In this document: piece after piece, positions 57,187 through 64,000 of the stretch
Layout of the letters: every line of letters starts with the position of its first letter
How positions within the stretch are numbered: position 1 is the first letter of the stretch
NCBI RefSeq assembly: GCF_009914755.1
Contig: NC_060934.1
Reading direction: 5' to 3' (one strand)
Length of the DNA stretch: 64,000 bases
Origin: the human T2T-CHM13v2.0 reference genome, Homo sapiens
Made by a program: the position numbers and the translations under genes
Notes under the pieces: generated by a model
Told to the model about the DNA's origin: nothing
Database searches by the model: none
What the model saw: only the letters and a program-made list of their open reading frames with translations

Positions 57187-58700
57187 TCTGTGGCCAGGGT
57201 GCTGGCATGGTGGCAGCTGCAAATGTCCATGCACCCAGGTGGCCGCGTTGGGCTGTCAGCCAAGGTGCCTGAAACGATACGTGTGCCCACTCCACTGTCA
57301 CAGTGTGCCTGAGGAAGGCTGCTAGGGATGTTAGACCTCGGCCAGGACCCACCACATTGCTTCCTAATACCCACCCTTCCTCACGACCTCATTTCTGGGC
57401 ATCTTTGTGGACATGATGTCACCCACCCCTTGTCAAGCATTGCCTGTGATTGCCCAGCCCAGATTCATCTGTGCCTTGGACATGGTGATGGTGATGGGTT
57501 GCCATCCAAGTGAAAGTCTTTTCCTTGACCAAGGGGGACAGTCAGTTTTGCAAAAGGACTCTAATACCTGTTTAATATTGTCTTCCTAATTGGGATAATT
57601 TAATTAACAAGATTGACTAGAAGTGAAACTGCAACACTAACTTCCCCGTGCTGTGGTGTGACCTGAGTTGGTGACACAGGCCACAGACCCCAGAGCTTGG
57701 CTTTTGAAACACAACTCAGGGCTTTTGTGAAGGTTCCCCCGCTGAGATCTTTCCTCCTGGTTACTGTGAAGCCTGTTGGTTTGCTGCTGTCGTTTTTGAG
57801 GAGGGCCCATGGGGGTAGGAGCAGTTGAACCTGGGAACAAACCTCACTTGAGCTGTGCCTAGACAATGTGAATTCCTGTGTTGCTAACAGAAGTGGCCTG
57901 TAAGCTCCTGTGCTCCGGAGGGAAGCATTTCCTGGTAGGCTTTGATTTTTCTGTGTGTTAAAGAAATTCAATCTACTCATGATGTGTTATGCATAAAACA
58001 TTTCTGGAACATGGATTTGTGTTCACCTTAAATGTGAAAATAAATCCTATTTTCTATGGAAGACTGGTACCTGGTTTCTGGAAGAGGGGTCTGTGACTTG
58101 GAGCTGATCTTTACTGAGCTCGCCGTGGCAGATGCCATGCTCAGGACGTTCATGTGGATGGTTTCATGTCATCGTGCTGGCAACTTGTCCTCCCTGCCTT
58201 AGAGATGAGGCTCAGACAAACGACCTTAGCACCCATAGCCTATGCCATGAGCACTGGCTCCACCCTGAATCCCAGCTCCTCCCCTTAGTGACCCCAAGTC
58301 TGTTTCCCTCAGCTGCATAAGGAGGCGATATAGTTTGAATATTTGTCCCCAGCCAAATCTCATGTTGAACTGTAATCCCCAGTGCTGGAGGTGGGGCCTG
58401 CTACGAGGTGTTTGGATCATGGGGACGGGTATTTCATGGCTTGGTGCTGTTTTCTTGATGGTGAATTATTGCAAGATACGGTCATTTAAAATTGTGTGGC
58501 ACCTCCCCCTGCCCCCTTCTTGCTCCTGCTTTCACCATGTGACATGCCTGATCCCCCTTCACCTTTTGCCATGGTCATAAGCTTCCTGAGGCCTCCCTGG
58601 AAGCTGAGCAGATGCCAGCACCATGCTTCCTGTACATCCTGCAGAACCATAAGCCAATTAAACCTTTTTAATAATAAATTACTCAGTCTCAAGTATTTTT
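57187..58700 (+). other. PPIF: PPIF 3' UTR with proximal AATAAA (58039-58044) and distal ATTAAA/AATAAA (58657-58678)
   Basis: Hexamers seen in sequence; 3' end approximate. Confidence 0.75.
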
Positions 58701-58726
58701 TTATAGCAATACAAGAATCCTAACAC
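58326..58726 (+). mobile_element. MST-family MaLR solo LTR
   Basis: 'gatatagtttgaatatttgtccccagccaaatctcatgttgaactgtaatcccc...ataaattactcagtctcaagtattttttatagcaa'. Confidence 0.88.
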
Positions 58727-60109
58727 GGGTTAACAATAAGGCCCACCTCGTAGGGTGGTGATCCACGTGAAGTGCATAACGCAGTGTCTGGCGCACCTTC
58801 CTAAGCACTCTGGAGTGACAAGGATGATGACCTTTCCCCTGTCAGGGTCTTAGGAAGGAGGAGGGATGCCAGAGCAAAGGAGCCTCCATCATCTGAGGTT
58901 AGGAGTGGACTTCCTAGGATAAGCCAGTTCCATTTGGAATTGACTTCTAGGTGTTTCCAAATTCACAGGGAAGGCAGGATTGGAGGTAAGAGCTTCCCTA
59001 GGTAGACAGGGCTGTGGTGTGGCCCGGCAGTTGAGTGGTCAGGCAGGCAGTTCTCAGAGGAAATTTGGGCCCTTTTGAGGGCATCTAACAGAATTATTTC
59101 TCACTGGGGTTCCCTGAGTGAGGTTATGTGTAGTCTTAGGTTAATGGAGTCACTCTGAGGTCATGGTGACTGGGGTCGGGTCATTTGGAGTCATGGAGAG
59201 TTCCCATGAAGTCAGTTTCAGTAGGACAAGTAGTCTTAAAACAATTATCAAGAGCGTTAAGAGTCCTCAAAGCAGACAAGGAGGACACAAGGAGCATGGG
59301 CCCCTGAACCCCATTTGCAGTCATAGATGCCCTCCATTTATATTGGGGTTCTGTAAGGGATTTCATTTGAAGAATAGGATCTTGAGCCAAATCATAATTA
59401 GTAATTTCTCATCCAGTCCAACACTTTACAGATGGGTAAACTGAGACCCCAAGAGGGATTATGATTGTCCCATGTGACCCTGTGAATCAATTGGCAAAAC
59501 GGGCTAGAATCCAGGGTTTTTGGCAGTCTGCAGGGATTTCTGTTGGGGGCCTTCGAGAATGCACAGGTGCCTTGGGGGACATATTGCCAAAGGTTCTCAG
59601 GCCACACACATTCAGAGCACAACTGATCTCTGAGGTCAAAGCCCACAGCTTCACTCCCTCTGGAGTTTCCTCTTTTGGGGCTTATGTTTAGTCATTGTGT
59701 TTCCTTCTTGCTGAGGAGAGTGTGTGTGTGTGCACGCGTGTATGTGTGTGTGTCTATGTGTGTGTATCTCCACCCAGAGAAGTCTAAGGTGAGGTGAGGG
59801 TGCACCAAACATGCAGGAATCTCCTAAAAACCGAGTTCCCTGAAAGCAGGGCCGTTCCCTGTGCTGCTCATTCCCTGAGCTCCCTGCACAAAGGCCTGAG
59901 CCTAGTCATATTTCTTGCATAAAGCAAGAACATAAGTAATATACAAATAAAATACTGGCTTGTTTCTGGCCAGTGAGCACTCAATACCTCATGCATAAAT
60001 GAGGCAGTGAGTCTTACACATGCACTCATAGATGTAATCATAAGTGGTGCCATGTACACACGATTTTTAAAAAAAATCTGAAACATCAATTTTATTTTCT
60101 GTGATGTGA

Positions 60110-60400
60110 TAGCTTTTCAAAATGATTTCATTGAGGTATATTTACGTACAAGAAAAGTCACTTCAAGTGTACACATCAATGACTTTTGACAAAAGCATAT
60201 ACTAGTAATATCTATCACCAAATTAAGATACAGAATGTTTCCGTCTTTCCAGAAAGTTCTCTCTGTGCCCCTTCCCAGGCAGCCACTGGATCTTATCCCT
60301 GTAATTTTGCCTGTTCTAGAACTTTGTAGAAATGGTATTGAGCAGGGTTCACTTTTTCATGTCTGGCTTCTCCAGTGTGGCATGTGTGAGAATGTGTGAG
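60110..60400 (-). mobile_element. Old L1M fragment
   Basis: 'ttcattgaggtatatttac...ttttgcctgttctagaactttg...gtctggcttct'. Confidence 0.65.
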
Positions 60401-60597
60401 GCTCTAATATGCTTCTGGGTTCTAAAGAATCTTGCTCCATGAAAAGGAATTTCTTAAAGGTTTCGTAGGTCTGGGAAGGCCTAAAGCAATGCTTCTAGGA
60501 ATCACAGAGTGCCAGTAAATCATGCAGATTTCTGGCCATACCTGAGACGCCTTTTGAATATTTGCATCTAGGAATCTGAATTTTAAAATAATAATTC

Positions 60598-61024
60598 TGA
60601 GAGGTGAAGCCAGCTGGACATCCCTTGGGGAACTTTCCTGTCTTACAAGAGGATTGTAAAATGCACCAATCAGCGCTCTGTAAAATGCACCAATCAGCAC
60701 TCTGTAAAACGGACCAATCAGCAGGATTCTGAAAGTAGCCATTCGTGGGGAGGACTGAAAAAAGGCACTCTGATAGGACAGAAATGGAACATGGGCGGGG
60801 ACAAATAAGGGAATAAAAGTTGGCTATCCCAACCAGCAGCCGCAACTGGCTCGGGTCTCTTTCCGTGTTGTGGAAACTTTGTCCTTTCCCTCTTCACAAT
60901 AAACCTTGCTACCGCTCACTTGTGCCATCTTTAAGAGCTGTAACACTCACCGTGAAGGGCCGTGGCTCCATTCTCGAAGTCAACGAGACCATGAACTCTC
61001 CGGCAGGAAGCAATTCCGGAGACA
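60598..61024 (+). mobile_element. LTR12-family (ERV9) solo LTR, short LTR12F-like form
   Basis: TGAGAGGTGAAGCCAGCTGGAC start; tandem 'tgtaaaatgcaccaatcagc' repeats; 'ctttaagagctgtaacactcaccg'; ends CCGGAGACA; 4-bp TSD ATTC/AATC. Confidence 0.9.
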
Positions 61025-61301
61025 AATCTGATAAAGCTTAAGAATTTGAGTGTAGCCACAGTGGGTAAGAGTGAAAGGGAAGGTCATGGCTCAACACTAG
61101 AGTCATCATTTACTTCTGGAAACATTTTTTACTGGACTTTCTGGGACTCTAGTGTGACACCCTCCACTTTTAAAAGAAGCCTCACTTAAGGAGTCTGACC
61201 GACAAGTCTCGGATGACTGGGTGGGGCACATCCTATTCCACTCAAGCTCTGTGGGGGCCAGTGGGCAGGGGAGCTCCTCGATAGCGCTGGTCAAAGTGGC
61301 C

Positions 61302-61419
61302 AGCCAGGCATGGTGGCTCATGCCTGTAATCCCAGCACTTTGGGAAGCAGAGGTGAACGGATTGCTTGAGCCCAGGGGTTTCAGACCAGCCTGGTCAACA
61401 TAGTGAGATCGCATCTCTA

Positions 61420-61457
<38 letters not shown>

Positions 61458-61629
61458 AAAACTTAGCTGGGCTTGGTGACATGTGCCTGTGGTCCCAGCT
61501 ACTCGGGAGGCTGAGGTAAGAGGATCACTTGAGCCCAGGAGCCGGAGGCTGCAGTGAGCCATGATCATGCCACGGGACTGCAGTCTGGGTGACAGAGCAA
61601 CACGCTGTCTCAAAAAGAGAAAAGAAAAA
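61302..61629 (+). mobile_element. AluJ-like element with expanded A linker
   Basis: Alu dimer with a long poly(A) linker. Confidence 0.9.
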
Positions 61630-61923
61630 GTGGCTCCCCCTGTCTTTGCCTATGCAGGAGCCTGTGAAGGAAGAAGCTCCTAGAGGGGTGGAGGCCCCAG
61701 CTCTTGTTTTGTCATCTAGGAGGAGGGGCTGCCTTGGGTGGGTCTTGGATGGAGTGCATTTCTCAGTGAGTGGATTGCGGAGGCCAGAAGTCAGCTCTAT
61801 GTCCAAGATTCTTCAGAATATGGCAGGTAGAGAAAGTCTTGGGTCCATTCTGCCTCCCAGATCACCCAGCCTGTAGAGGCTGTCCAGAATTATGCTGATA
61901 ACATTATTGCTATTCTATCATAT

Positions 61924-62780
61924 TGTGATCGTTAATTTTATGGGTCAATTTTTTTTTTTTGAGATGGGGTCTCACTCTGTCACCCATGCCGGAGTGCAGT
62001 GGCACAATCATAGCTTGCTGTAACCTCAAACTCCTAGGCTCAAGCAATCCTTCCACCTCAGCACCCTGAGTAGCTGGGACTACAGGCACGTGCCACCATG
62101 CTTGGCTATTTATTTTTTATTTTTTTAAAAGATGCGGGTCTTGCTGTATTTCCCAGGCCAGTCTCTCCTGGCCCCAAGTGGTCCTCCCACTTCAAATTCC
62201 TAAAATGTTGAGATTATAGGTGTCAGGCACCACACCCAGCCTTATGTGTCAACCTAACTGGGTCACAGAGTGCTTACACATTGGGTCAGACACTATTCTG
62301 GGTGTGTCTGTGAGGGTGTTTCTGTCTAAGATTAATATTTGCATAGCTAGACCGAGTAAAGCAGGTGGTTCTCCCTCGTGTGGGTGGACTTCGTCCAGTC
62401 AACTGAAGACCTGAATAGAACAAAAGGCTAAGAGGGAACGCCTCCTGCCTGACGGTCCTCAGCTGGAACATTGGTATTTTCTGCCTTTGGACTCAAACTG
62501 AAATGTTGGCTGTCTCAGGGTCTTGAGCCTGCCAGCCTTCAGACTGGAACCTACATTGGCTCTTCTGGTTCTCAGGCCTTCAGACTCGGACTGGACCTAC
62601 ACCATTGGCTCTCCTGGGTCTCCAGCCCGCCAACTACAGGTGGTGGGTCTTCTCAGCCCCCATGATCACATGAGCCAATTCCTTATGTTTTTGTATCATA
62701 TATATCTTATGTATATGGTATAAATATATACACACACACACACACACACACATATATATTCTACTGATTCTGTTTCTCTT
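61924..62780 (+). mobile_element. MLT2 (ERVL) LTR interrupted by an antisense Alu (61949-62241)
   Basis: 'tgtgatcgttaattttatg.gtcaa' start; Alu TSD TTATGGGTCAA/TTATGTGTCAA; 'tattctgggtgtgtctgtgagggtgtttct'; (CA)n + 'ttctgtttctct' end. Confidence 0.85.
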
Positions 62781-62949
62781 ACACATATTGTCTTTTTTCT
62801 ATTTATAAAACCAAAATGCACATGTAAAAATTCAAATGTTACATAATTATATAATATAGAGAATTAGCATTGCCTACAATCCTATTACAGTAATAGTTGG
62901 TATAGGTTTCTGCATTTGCTTAGCTGCAAAGACCACCACTCCTTTCCTA

Positions 62950-63349
<400 letters not shown>

Positions 63350-64000
63350 GAGGAACAAGGCCCTGCAAGGAGAGACAGGACACACAGTTTCACCTGTGGC
63401 AGAGCACTGTAGGAAGATATGACCATGAAACAACTGTGTAAAATAAAATAAAATTAGGTAAGCCTTTTAATGAATTGCTAAAGGCCAAGAGGGGGCTAAT
63501 GTGTCCATCTGGAGTAGCTGGGGACCCCAGATGCAAAGGGAGTTCAACATCTTTCTCCAGGCTCCCACCAGATGCACAGAAGACCTAAGAGGTAGCCCAA
63601 CTTGGTGGTTCAGGTCTGCAGGAGGGGACCTTCAGCTGCTGGAGAAAGGCACGGAGCCTCGTCCACTTCCTCAGGTTCTTCTCTCCAATGAAGTAAATTT
63701 GAGAATCCACTGGGAGGTTGGGCATTACACCATCCACCCCCAGGAACATGTAAAAGTGCACTGTGGCTGGGGGAAGTAGAACACACATCCTTTTATCCCT
63801 GTGGGAGGGGTAAGAAGCCATCCAGGGCCCAGGATCCTTTAGCGATACCAACCAGAAATTGACTACCTCTGGTGGAAGAGGGAGCAAGAAACAGCCAAGA
63901 CATGCCTAAGACTAAGGCGGGATGAGGACAGCAGAAAAGCCTCCTGCCTTACTATGAGCCTGGTCTACCAGTGGGGGAGGGCGGGGCATGGAGAGAGACA

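Overview
Human genomic DNA. I recognise it from the encoded proteins as the ZMIZ1-PPIF locus (10q22.3). The + strand carries the last 11 coding exons of ZMIZ1 (1747-16093, including the SP-RING/MIZ zinc finger) and a ~3.8 kb 3' UTR ending near 19865. A ~31 kb intergenic region follows, rich in Alu, L1, L2, MIR, MaLR and ERVL repeats. The complete six-exon PPIF gene (mitochondrial cyclophilin D, 207 aa; CDS 50893-57186) starts from a CpG-island promoter, and LTR/Alu/L1 repeats fill the remainder. All splice phases were checked by hand and join in frame. I see no new gene or novel biological system. The most striking unexplained structure is a 602-bp, 100% identical inverted duplication (35771-36372 / 41399-42000) around a 5-kb spacer, which looks like a recent templated insertion and a possible inversion substrate. 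Other notable items: a second templated-insertion scar nearby; non-transposon inverted and direct repeats in PPIF introns; three tandem splice acceptors before the penultimate ZMIZ1 exon; and an LTR-supplied distal poly(A) signal for PPIF. Repeat subfamily names and boundaries were called by eye and are approximate.
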